Of a stretch of DNA of 64,000 nucleotides, positions 39,085-49,200 are shown one piece after another. The number at the start of each line of letters is the position of its first letter. The first letter of the stretch is position 1. Below the pieces are notes generated by a model. That model searched no databases and was not told the DNA's origin. It saw only the letters and a program-made list of their open reading frames with translations. The stretch covers positions 256,001-320,000 of the forward strand of contig JAXHVD010000001.1 of the NCBI GenBank assembly GCA_034189385.1, in the 5' to 3' direction. The position numbers and the translations under genes are program-made. This DNA comes from Thermodesulfobacteriota bacterium. GTDB taxonomy: Bacteria > Desulfobacterota > Desulfobacteria > Desulfobacterales > C00003060.

Positions 39085-40527
39085 ATGATTTCGTGCAAGC
39101 CAAACAGCCATATCACCGATTCACGATTCTATAGCAGCGGCTATACCACTGAGGAGGCCCGCAGGGTCTTTTGCGATAAATATCGGTACCAACGCTGGAT
39201 AGAGATAGAAGCCGCTATGGCCTCAGCACAGGCGGATCTTGGAATGATTCCCAAATGGGCAGCCGAGGCCCTCACTGAGAAGGCCCACCTTCGCTATTTG
39301 GACCTGGAGGCCATTAAGGCGGGCATAAAGACAACCAGTCACTCCCTTCTCCCTTTGCTTAGGGCGTGGCAGGAAGTTTGTGACGCCGCTGCTGGAGAAT
39401 TCATTCACTTTGGTGCCACTACCCAGGATATTCAAGACACTGCCCAGGTCCTAGAGATTCGTGACATACTGGGTATTGTTGAGCGCGACCTTACGGCGAT
39501 TGTCCGACAAGTGATGGAACTGGCCGAGCGTTACTCAGGGCTTGTTACCATTGGTCGCACGCACACACAACATGCCTTGTCCATGACACTGGGGCTAAAG
39601 GTGGCTGTGTGGCTAGATGAGCTTTGGCGAAACGTCGAGCGACTGATGGAATGCAAGGAGCGGGTGCTGGTGAGTCAGCTTTTCGGGGGGGTTGGTACGA
39701 TGGATGCCTTTGGTAATAAGGGCCTTGAGCTATTGTCCCTGTTTTCGCAGAGGCTGAAACTAAAGGCGCCCCTCACAGCCTGGCATGTCTCGCGGGACCG
39801 GGGGGCTGAATTCCTTGCCACCATGGCCATGATTTCTGGCACTTGTGCCAAGATAGCCAATGAGATCCGATGCCTGGCGAGGAGTGAAACTGGGGAACTG
39901 GAAGAGCCTTTTCAAATGGGCAAAGTGGGGAGCAGTACCATGCCTCACAAGAGAAATCCTGAAATGTGCGAGCAAGTCATCGTATTGGCAAGGCTCATTA
40001 AGGCCAATGCGGGTTTGGGCTTTGAAGGGATGATTAATGAGCACGAACGGGATTATCGGGCCGTGAGGTTGGAGTGGGTCACCATAACGGACACATCCCT
40101 TTTTGTGTGCGGGCTTTTGTCCTTGATGAAGTCGATCTTGAAGGATCTTATCATCCATGAAAATAGGATTCGTGAGAATGTTGACAAGGCAGCCACGCTC
40201 ATTTCAACAGAGGCCTTGATGTTTTTTCTCGGAGAGACCATAGGGAAGCAGACGGCCCATGAGATTGTCTATGAGACCTCCATGGAGGCTATTGAGACCA
40301 GTCAACCCTTGATCGATCTGTTGATGAACCATAAGGAGATACAGGGAAGATTCAGGCGTGAGGATGTTGAAAGAATCATTGATCCCAAGAACCACGTTGG
40401 CATGTCTGAAAAGCTGACACGCAGAGCGGTTGCATACGTAAGAGAGAAACTACTAGAGAAAGGCCCGTGTGAACAGAGTGAAAGGCTCTGCCCCCTTAGC
40501 GAAAAAGACGGGCGCTGCAGTGTTTGA
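39085..40527 (+). CDS. adenylosuccinate lyase-like protein 2
   Basis: HFGATTQD, GRTHTQHA, GSSTMPHKRNP and HERD. Confidence 0.9.
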   Translation: MISCKPNSHITDSRFYSSGYTTEEARRVFCDKYRYQRWIEIEAAMASAQADLGMIPKWAAEALTEKAHLRYLDLEAIKAGIKTTSHSLLPLLRAWQEVCDAAAGEFIHFGATTQDIQDTAQVLEIRDILGIVERDLTAIVRQVMELAERYSGLVTIGRTHTQHALSMTLGLKVAVWLDELWRNVERLMECKERVLVSQLFGGVGTMDAFGNKGLELLSLFSQRLKLKAPLTAWHVSRDRGAEFLATMAMISGTCAKIANEIRCLARSETGELEEPFQMGKVGSSTMPHKRNPEMCEQVIVLARLIKANAGLGFEGMINEHERDYRAVRLEWVTITDTSLFVCGLLSLMKSILKDLIIHENRIRENVDKAATLISTEALMFFLGETIGKQTAHEIVYETSMEAIETSQPLIDLLMNHKEIQGRFRREDVERIIDPKNHVGMSEKLTRRAVAYVREKLLEKGPCEQSERLCPLSEKDGRCSV

Positions 40528-40597
40528 GCAATTTGAGATAGTGTTTTCAGCAAGATAAGCATTAGTCTTTTATGAAGAACTTTTCGCTTTTGATTCT

Positions 40598-40687
40598 CTG
40601 ATTCTGGGTACTGGTTACTTGATGCCAGATAAGCGAAATGATGGGAGAGACTCTTTGAAGTGTCCAGTATCGTGCATCCAGCATCAG
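40598..40687. repeat. empty inverted element with (CTGGATR)-like heptamer arms
   Basis: CTGATTCTGGGTACTGGTTACTTGATGC versus GTGTCCAGTATCGTGCATCCAGCATCAG; a related arm lies at ~7643-7662. Confidence 0.65.
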
Positions 40688-40760
40688 ACTGCGCTGTAGT
40701 GAACTCTCGCAATGCTCACAAAATGGACAACTCACAACACGTTGTCCTGGTATTCTATCT

Positions 40761-41477
40761 TTGAAACGCTATCAAAGACAGATAATCCTTTCTGAATGGG
40801 GTCCGGAAACCCAGAAAAAGCTTAAGGCCGCCAGGGTTTTTGTCGCCGGGGCAGGTGGCCTGGGGTGTCCCGCTGCATTGAATCTTGCCCTCGCAGGTGT
40901 GGGACACATCAGGATCTGCGATTTCGACACTGTTGAGATTAGCAATCTCAACAGACAATTCTTGCATACAGAAAAAAGTGTCGGCACCAGGAAGGCCCGC
41001 TCTGCGCGGGAGACCCTCTTGTCCATCAATTCAGAGATCACCGTTGAGGCCATATCAGAGAAGATCACTGATCGAAACGTGGGTGATGTCGTGGGGGACG
41101 CCCAGGTGATCGTGGATTGCCTAGACAATTTTTCCGCCCGTTATGCCTTGAATAACTGTGCCGTGAGGAAGGGTATCCCCATGGTTCACGGGGCCATATG
41201 GGGGTTGGAAGGGCGTGTCGTCTTTCTCGACCCTCCCAAGACCCCCTGCCTTGCATGCATTTTCCCCAAGGCCCCGGCCAGTGAGCCGTTGCCAGTCATA
41301 GGCGCCGTTTCTTGCGTCACAGGAAGCCTGCAAGCCCTAGAGACCATTAAGTACCTGACTGGGATCGGGAGGCTTTCAGCCGGACGCATGTTGATTATAG
41401 ACGGATCCACCATGGTATTTCAGGAGCTTGAAGTCTTCAGAAACCCCGAATGTCCTGTTTGTGGAGAACAAGAGTGA
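40761..41477 (+). CDS. ThiF/MoeB/HesA E1-like adenylyltransferase
   Basis: RYQRQI, GAGGLG, D.VEISNLNRQ, DCLDN, CLAC and CPVC; no rhodanese domain. Confidence 0.93.
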   Translation: MKRYQRQIILSEWGPETQKKLKAARVFVAGAGGLGCPAALNLALAGVGHIRICDFDTVEISNLNRQFLHTEKSVGTRKARSARETLLSINSEITVEAISEKITDRNVGDVVGDAQVIVDCLDNFSARYALNNCAVRKGIPMVHGAIWGLEGRVVFLDPPKTPCLACIFPKAPASEPLPVIGAVSCVTGSLQALETIKYLTGIGRLSAGRMLIIDGSTMVFQELEVFRNPECPVCGEQE

Positions 41478-41479
41478 AA

Positions 41480-41985
41480 AGAGGTCAAGGTGGGAAGCTC
41501 AATGCTTAAAGCTGAAGGCTCAAAGCTTAAAGCGAACAAATACCGCATCAACTGTTTGAAATTGAGTTTATCAACCCTTTGATCATCGACGCTATTTCTA
41601 TTCCACTTAATTCGAGTTTGGAATACGCTTCGTCAGAAATCCATTTCTTTCTTTTGAAGACTTCGAGCAAGGTCATTGTTTCATAGAGAGAGCCTCTCGA
41701 CACATACAAGAACTGAACAAACTCCTTCTTTGAAAAGCGTCCCTTTCCTTCGGCAATATTCATAGACACACTCGTGGAACTAGCTTCAATCTGTTCAAGC
41801 AACCGATAGTGTTTACGGTCTGTAGACAGATCTTCTACAAGATCAATTACCTGAACGGCGAAATCGACCGCCTTGTTCCACACGTCCAGGTTTTGATAGG
41901 CGAATTTCATTGAAATATTGGTCCTCTTTCACCTTCCGACCTTCAGCATTGAGCTTTCAACATTGAGCTCTCCACTTTCAGCTCT
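41480..41985. mobile_element. four-helix-bundle cassette with (GCTSAAA)n inverted arms
   Basis: ~55-bp imperfect inverted arms at 41480-41536 and 41928-41985. Confidence 0.7.
41548..41910 (-). CDS. four helix bundle protein
   Basis: YQNLDVW, SVSMNIAEG.GR, EF..FL..SRGSL.E. Confidence 0.92.
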   Translation of the reverse strand: MKFAYQNLDVWNKAVDFAVQVIDLVEDLSTDRKHYRLLEQIEASSTSVSMNIAEGKGRFSKKEFVQFLYVSRGSLYETMTLLEVFKRKKWISDEAYSKLELSGIEIASMIKGLINSISNS

Positions 41986-42490
41986 ATTTTGCCCACTTCG
42001 GGCCTGAAGCATTGTGCACTCTGTCCATGCGGGGTACATAAGGTTTCAGATCCAGCACCGGCGTGCCATGGAAGGCATCGATTGCATCGACCCGGATGAC
42101 ATTATTCCTTACAGAGAGAATCTTGCATACAGAGAGGCCAATGAGGTTGGGCCTCCTGGGGGAGCGGGTGGCAAAGACGCCTGTGAGCGGGTTACTCATG
42201 TTGCCTCTAGGGTGAACACGCAGCGTCTTTCTCTTCTCGGGCGTGTCGTTCTTGTCAAACCAATAGAGAACCACTAAGTGGGAGAACTGATTTAGGCCCA
42301 AAAGGGCATCGGCATATTCTGGGTAGATTTCTATGGTGGTTGTGCCTGCCTCCTTTTTCACCTTTCCCACTGGAAAGACATGAAAGGCGTCCACTGAATC
42401 TTCTTGTTTGCCCTCAGCCGGAGTCAGGGCCAAGCCTGCCGTGACAAGTCCTGCCAAAACAACACATGCCAACACCAAGATCGCTTTCAT
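41984..42490 (-). CDS. tsaA: TsaA/TrmO-family SAM-binding protein with N-terminal signal peptide
   Basis: L.GL..FSHL, GVFATRSP.RPN.IGLS and GTPVLDLKPY. Confidence 0.85.
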   Translation of the reverse strand: MKAILVLACVVLAGLVTAGLALTPAEGKQEDSVDAFHVFPVGKVKKEAGTTTIEIYPEYADALLGLNQFSHLVVLYWFDKNDTPEKRKTLRVHPRGNMSNPLTGVFATRSPRRPNLIGLSVCKILSVRNNVIRVDAIDAFHGTPVLDLKPYVPRMDRVHNASGPKWAK

Positions 42491-42647
42491 ATTGACTTCT
42501 CCTAGAAAATAATTTATATTATCAATGTATTAACACAGGGTCGGACACTTGGTCAAGATTAAGATTTCGCTTCTTTTCCTATTTCAGTCATCCCGACTAT
42601 CGGGTTCCTAGATTTCGCATTGTGACAGTAGGCAGTTAGCCCTCCGT

Positions 42648-42874
42648 GAGACCTTTGAATGACAGGGATAGGCTTTCGATTTTAGACTTTGGAATGCTTT
42701 CGGTTGGAACTCGTCGGTGAAGCCAGCCGAGATATTGCGAAAACCTGTCGCCTTCGAACGGTTATTGTGGGTCTTTTTTGGGTACCCGTTCCCGACTCCG
42801 TCGGGATGAGCGGTCCGCCCTGGCGGATCAAATAGCTCACAGAATCAAGTGAGAAGGGGTTGTGCAAAGGTCTC
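42648..42874 (-). mobile_element. MITE-like repeat family B
   Basis: GAGACCTTTGAA...TGTGCAAAGGTCTC; carries the reverse complement of the core. Confidence 0.78.
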
Positions 42875-42907
42875 GCATGGCCTTAGAGCTCAAAGGAGGT
42901 AGTCGAA

Positions 42908-44968
42908 GTGAAGGAAAAATGGGTACCCACTGAATTGTTGCTGTCTTTTCTTGTACTAGTGACCATTCATGGAGGTGCGAGGGCAGCCACTATTTATGTG
43001 CCTGACGATCATGGGACCATTCAGATTGCCATTAATAACGCTGCTGACGGAGACACCATTATTGTCAGAGACGGGACATACACGGAGTATGTCGAGCTTG
43101 GCACTTCGGCTGCCAATACAAAAAACAACCTGATCATCCAAGCTGAAAATGAAGGCTCTGCTATCATTCAATGTACAGACAGCGGCGATGTTCCGGTTAT
43201 ATACATAGAAGGAGATAGCGAGGGAGTACCGACAGGCACCATCATAGATGGTTTTGATATCAAGAGGTCAAGTGGTGGAAAAGGCGCCGGGGTTTTTATC
43301 AGCAACGCAAATACGAGTACCTATGCTGCTGTCACTGTGGAGGATTGCACCATATCCGGGGACACAAGCCTTCACTCGGGGGTTAGATTAAATGGGTATA
43401 TTGAAGCCACTATTACCGGAAACACAATCACCGGACCAAAAGAAGCCGGCATAGCCACCTCTGCCCCTGATTACTCTTCAAATGAAGACTATCTTTATGA
43501 AGATTCGATCGTAACGATTGAGGACAATATCATAAACGGCAATAGTGTCACCGATCAAGCTGGCATATTCCTAAAGGGGCATGCCGACAATACCACCCAG
43601 GTCGTCATCCGAGGCACGAGCACTGGCGTGCCAAAGACCTCCCGTATCTATGGAAATAGAACAGCCGGAATACGATTGGAAGATATTTACGGTGCTGTTA
43701 CGATTGATAATAACCAGGTTAATAACAATTCAAAAGCAGGAATATGCATGATAGATATAGGTTCAGAAAGCGCGATCGCAACCATTCAGAATAACAATAT
43801 TAACGATAATACTCAAGCCGGCATTACGGTAGCCGGTGCGTCTTATTTAACTATTGGGAGTAATAATAACATCAATGACAATGGAACGGGCGGAGTGGCT
43901 TTTAACAAAGCAACCATAACGATTTTATATTCAGACCCCATAAACGCCAGTTCACAACCGGTGACGATTTCAGGAAATAAGATCTACTCTAACAACACGT
44001 ATGCCGGAATCGGGATAATAGATGCCATTACTGGGACCGTAACTATTACCGACCAAAACGATATTTATCAAAATACTCGGGGAGGGATTGGGATCCAAAA
44101 TTCCTGTGAACTTCGCATTATCGGGAACAAGATCCGTGACAATGTGCGCGGAGGAATCCATACCGGCACCGATATAGCAGATGATGCCTTCAGTGATACT
44201 ACAGGGTTTCTTGGCGGTCCTGGCTCCGCTGACCTTACCATTACACAAAACAAGATCTATGGCAATGGTGAAAGCGGCTACGGCGGTGGCATTGATGTAA
44301 GACATGCTTCCGGCACCATTCATAACAACCTGGTGTATAGAAATCACAGAGGGGGGATCAGGTTCGGCGATTATATTACCGAGATTGTCAACAACACAGT
44401 AGCTCATAACGGCAATGACAACGACACCCCCACCGATCCAGATGACGATACTGGGGGCGGTATTGTTTATGACAACCTTGCAGGTGCTGTTAATGCGCAA
44501 CCAGAGGGAACACTTAGCGATTCCGCTAATTACCCCAATCCCCGCATAAGGAATAACATTTCTGCCTATAACATAACAACAGGACTCAGGGTTGGAAAAA
44601 TGCCAACGGATCTTACTACATGTCCCGACAACCCGGTTTATTCTTCTGATAGTATTAATTATAGGGACTATAACCTCGTATATCTCAATAATGGAACAAC
44701 CGATGATTGCGGGTGGTATACAGATACTGGTGTTTCCTATGCACGCATTTTGTCCTGTGCAAATAAGCAGTACGGTGGTTGTGGGGCAAACTGGCCCTAT
44801 CCGTTTGTAATGGTGGACCCACATGATATTATCGCAGATCCCCTGTTTGTAAGTACTACGGAGGGAAGTGAAGACTATCACCTTAAAGCCGGATCGCCAG
44901 CCATAGGTGGCGGAGTTGGTGGGGCCACGATGGGTGCCTATGGGGGTTCCGATCCGATCAATTGGTAG
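42908..44968 (+). CDS. secreted right-handed beta-helix (pectate-lyase-fold) protein
   Basis: Signal peptide; IYVPDD..TIQ.AI, Asn/Gly beta-helix repeats, DPLF and YHL..GSPAI. Confidence 0.85.
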   Translation: MKEKWVPTELLLSFLVLVTIHGGARAATIYVPDDHGTIQIAINNAADGDTIIVRDGTYTEYVELGTSAANTKNNLIIQAENEGSAIIQCTDSGDVPVIYIEGDSEGVPTGTIIDGFDIKRSSGGKGAGVFISNANTSTYAAVTVEDCTISGDTSLHSGVRLNGYIEATITGNTITGPKEAGIATSAPDYSSNEDYLYEDSIVTIEDNIINGNSVTDQAGIFLKGHADNTTQVVIRGTSTGVPKTSRIYGNRTAGIRLEDIYGAVTIDNNQVNNNSKAGICMIDIGSESAIATIQNNNINDNTQAGITVAGASYLTIGSNNNINDNGTGGVAFNKATITILYSDPINASSQPVTISGNKIYSNNTYAGIGIIDAITGTVTITDQNDIYQNTRGGIGIQNSCELRIIGNKIRDNVRGGIHTGTDIADDAFSDTTGFLGGPGSADLTITQNKIYGNGESGYGGGIDVRHASGTIHNNLVYRNHRGGIRFGDYITEIVNNTVAHNGNDNDTPTDPDDDTGGGIVYDNLAGAVNAQPEGTLSDSANYPNPRIRNNISAYNITTGLRVGKMPTDLTTCPDNPVYSSDSINYRDYNLVYLNNGTTDDCGWYTDTGVSYARILSCANKQYGGCGANWPYPFVMVDPHDIIADPLFVSTTEGSEDYHLKAGSPAIGGGVGGATMGAYGGSDPINW

Positions 44969-45088
44969 TCTTTTGGTAAGAATTGAGCGATTCATGTTTT
45001 ATGTTCATCGAGCAATGCACACATCTCCTGGGTGAGGGGATAACGGTCAAAAGGAAACTGTCATCAAACTCATAGTGAGAATAAGACC

Positions 45089-46159
45089 ATGAAATCTAAA
45101 CTGACTGCTTTGTTTGCCCTATTATTAACCGTAATGCTGAGTTTCAGTAGCCTGGTCCGTGGTGGACAGGTTGTCAAAAATTCCTATGAGGATAGTTTCC
45201 CCTGGGTGAAGGGTGACTGTTTAGTCTGGCAAGGTAATATCGACGGCGATTGGGAGATTTTTCTCTATAACATAGCTGCCAAAGAATTCTGCCAGATTAC
45301 CGATAATGACTATGGTGACATTTCCCCTCGGACTGATGGGAATTATGTGGTCTGGTTAGGATTTAGCTCTTCTGGTGGTGAAATCTTCCTGTACGATATA
45401 TCGAACGGCAAAACCACTCAAATTACCAATGACACGAATGTAGATTCCCCTCCTCAGATTGCAAATGGCCGGGTAGTGTGGACATCACAGGAGGTCACGG
45501 GGTCAGTTGAACCGGGCGAGATCTTTCTTCATGACATTGTCCCTAGAATGACGACGCCAGTGTCTGCCTCTGTTGATCCTTTGGGCACCCTGGATGACAG
45601 TTTCCCCCGCATTAATGATGAAGGCGTTACGTGGGTGCAAGCCGATGATGCAGGCAATACCGCCTTGTTTGTGTATTACTTTGGTAATAATGGTAATGGT
45701 GCCGAACCTGCCCCTGAAGGCTTTGTATGGACCGACAGTGCCCAGACAGATGGAGATTTAACGGTGATGACCCGATTCGATGGAAACGACAGGGAGATCG
45801 TTGTCTATAACGCTAGCCTCAAGACATATGAGCAGATCACCGATAATGACATTGAGGATAGAGATCCCCGCATCAGTGGAACTCACATAGCTTGGGTGGG
45901 GGGTGAAGGGCAGGCCGCAGAGATATACCTCAGTGCCGACGTTGACATGGAGCCAGACAACGGTGAGGATGACGATCCAGAGGAACCAGGTCCTCCAAGC
46001 GGAGGTGGTGGCGGTGGAGGGGGGTCTTGTTTTATTGGAACAGCGTCTTGCGGTGAAACCACGAAGGGCCCGGGGTACGTGATGGTAGGGGGTCTTATCT
46101 CGGCCGCCCTTGTGTTTTTTTTCTGGGTAAGAAAAGAGCATATGTCTCGTCACTTCTAA
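45089..46159 (+). CDS. secreted beta-propeller-repeat protein with CFI-box C-terminal signal
   Basis: Repeats of EIFLY..QITDN..D..P; poly-G then CFIGTA, a TM segment and a basic tail. Confidence 0.8.
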   Translation: MKSKLTALFALLLTVMLSFSSLVRGGQVVKNSYEDSFPWVKGDCLVWQGNIDGDWEIFLYNIAAKEFCQITDNDYGDISPRTDGNYVVWLGFSSSGGEIFLYDISNGKTTQITNDTNVDSPPQIANGRVVWTSQEVTGSVEPGEIFLHDIVPRMTTPVSASVDPLGTLDDSFPRINDEGVTWVQADDAGNTALFVYYFGNNGNGAEPAPEGFVWTDSAQTDGDLTVMTRFDGNDREIVVYNASLKTYEQITDNDIEDRDPRISGTHIAWVGGEGQAAEIYLSADVDMEPDNGEDDDPEEPGPPSGGGGGGGGSCFIGTASCGETTKGPGYVMVGGLISAALVFFFWVRKEHMSRHF

Positions 46160-46233
46160 ATGGGACTGCTGAGGCGGACATTGTCCTTCCGCCTTCTTCG
46201 ACATATCAATTCATCCCAATAGCGAGGTCTAAC

Positions 46234-49200
46234 ATGCGAATGGTCTGCCTCTATTTCTTCATGGCATTTTTGATCCTCTGGGCATCAGGCGCCGCGGCCG
46301 AGAATCTTGTGACAAATCCAGGATTTGAGGCAGGCATTGGCTCGCCGTGGGCGAGCAACTCCCAGACATATTACTCTTTAGACAGCGGGGCATTTCATGC
46401 TGGCGCCCAATCTCTTAAAGTAACCGTTTCTGAGACTGCAGGCAATCATATTTGGATGGGTCAGAGTCTCCAGGTGACTCCAGGTGAATCTTACGATGTT
46501 GGCGCGTGGATTAAGACGGAGAGTGTGAGCGGTGCCGGAGCACAGGTATTCGTGGAATGGTCCAGCCCAAGCACATGGTTAGGTGGAGAATATGGTTTCA
46601 AGACAGTGAAAGGCACCCAAGACTGGCAGTATACTGGTCTCTCAGGTCTGATAATGCCGGAAAACGCGACAACCGCCACGGTTTTTGTCTCCATGCTGCA
46701 AGGATCAACGGGGACGGCCTGGTTTGACGATGTCATGGTGGAAAGACAGGCAAAGTCCGTTTTGGAGACGGTCCTGTTACGGCCAAACTACAGGGACAAG
46801 CTTTTACCGGATGCGCGGTCTCCTGAAATAGGAGTAGAAGTTATTCTGACCCCTGAAGAGGAGGATTTGACGCTGGGCGAATTAGAGATCACGGTGGCGC
46901 TCAAGAATGAAAGCGGGGATATTGTTCTCCAAGATGGTCCCATAGTTCCTTCGTCGAAGCGTTTTGAGGTGGACTTGGATATTGCCGCCGATACCCCACC
47001 GGGAGATTACACTCTTGCCATAGATCTCTTCACAGGCAAAACTCTCCTAAAGCAAGACACGTACCTAATAGAGAGATTGTCACAGGAGGCGTTTGACGAT
47101 TTGACCTCCTACATTGATAGCTACGGCCGTTTTATTCTTAATGACGAGCCTTTTTTCCCTCTGGGTTTATATGTGGTTGAATGCACCAATGGCAGTTACG
47201 CTGCCGAGCTAGATGAAATAGCTGACAGCCCTTTCGACACGTTGATGAATTATAGCGTCAACCGATGTGGCTCTGATGCGACGGACGCTCAGATCTGGGG
47301 GTACTTGGATGAACTGGCATTGCCATCGCGAGATTTGAAACTCATCTTTTCCCTTTCAGAGTACTTTGACGGGGCGCCGGCGGGCTGGGCTACTTGGATG
47401 TTTTCTATGCCTACAGACGGCACTTTCGACCTTTATGGCTGGTGGACGGGAGGTTCAAACAGGGCCAGCGATGCGCCCTATATGGTAAGCTATGGCAGCT
47501 TCTCTCAAACCATCAACATCGACCAGAGAATTCAGACCGGGGCCTGGAATTATATAGGCTCTTTCACCTTTGCCGGGTCAACATCGGGCACTGTGGTTTT
47601 AGGCAATGATGCCAATGGCTATGTGATTGCCGATGCCATTGGATGGGATACCGATGGAGATAGCAACCCAGACATCATTGTTGATGATGTGGATGCGGGG
47701 TTTTCCACCCAAGGCAATGGCTGGCTTACAAGTACGTCCGTTAATTCATACCTTAATCATGAGCATTATCATGCCAGGTTTTCCGATGACATTGCTACTA
47801 TAACTCACAAGGTGAACACCTTTAAGGCCCATCCTGCAGTCATAAGCTGGTATCTCAATGACGAACGCGACCCGACGAACTATCTGTCTCAATTGGAAGA
47901 ACGGTATGCTGCGATAACACAGGCGGATGGGAACCATCCCGTTTGGTCCGTGCATTGGAATACCGATTGGTTACTACAAGAGGGGCATACGACAGACATC
48001 GTGGGAATGGACTCGTATCCAATAGAGAACTTACCAATCACCGTTGTCGGAGAAGTGGCGGATACAGCACTCCAGGCTGGCAGACCCCTTTGGTTTGTGC
48101 CCCAGATATTTGATTGGAGGGATTATCCCGGTGACCCGGCGGGGCGCGATCTCACAGGGCGGCCTCCCACAAAAGAAGAAATGCGGGCCATGACCTATCT
48201 GGCCACCAACCATGGTGCCAAGGGACTCATTTACTACTCTTATTTCAACATCCGGGATGATGCCGATTATGGGACCAGGTGGCCACAGATAAAGGAGATT
48301 GCAGCTGAGATTCGTGACCTCAGGGATGTCATCCTTTCCATTCACCAGACGAATGATAACGACATTGCCTGTGACAACAGCAATATTGACTTTAAGTTGA
48401 TGAGAGAAGGCAATAGGTACTATCTCTTCGCGGTCAACACAAAGGAGCAAGCCCTGGCTGATGTGTCATTCGCCATCAACATGGAGCTGGAATCATCAAC
48501 CGTTGACGTGCGTTTCGAAGAAGACCTCGACGGTGATAGACAGGTATCTCTAATAAACGGTACGATAATAGATAGTTTTAGCCCTTACGAGGTGCACGTC
48601 TATTCTTGGCAAGGTGCTGCTGACAAAGACGGAGATGGTTTTGATTCGTTGGAGGAATGGGGGCCTAACAGAGATGATCCCAACTACGATGGTAATGGGG
48701 ACGGCTATGCGGACAGCGAATATGCGAATGTGGCCTCAGGTCATACTTTTGACAAGCAGCACTATGTGACTTTGGCTGTTTCCGAACCGGGCCGTTTAAG
48801 TCATTGTGCGGCCATTGACAACCCGGATCCGGCAAACACCCCATTCAGAAGAGGGTTTCCCCACGGCTTCTTTCGTTTTCAGGTCAGCGAATTTGATTCA
48901 CAGGACGGTTGCAAAGACGTGACCCTGCTGCTGCCCAGAAATACGAACATTGAGGCTTACTACAAATACGGAAGGACACCAGACAGCCCTGATCATGACC
49001 ACTGGTACGAATTCATGTTTGACAGAGAGACGGGTGCTGAGATCTTTCACGAGGAGACCTTGACCCGGATCGTCCTCCATCTGTGTGATGGAAAGCGGGG
49101 AGATGATGCTCTTTCCGTTGTCGGCACGATTGTTGACACAGGAGGCCCTGCCATCATCACCACTGCTGCACCTTCTGTGGTCACGGGCACGGCCGATTCG

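Noticed and set aside
43970..44995. 341-aa minus-strand ORF
   Set aside because: Antisense to the beta-helix gene; explained by codon bias
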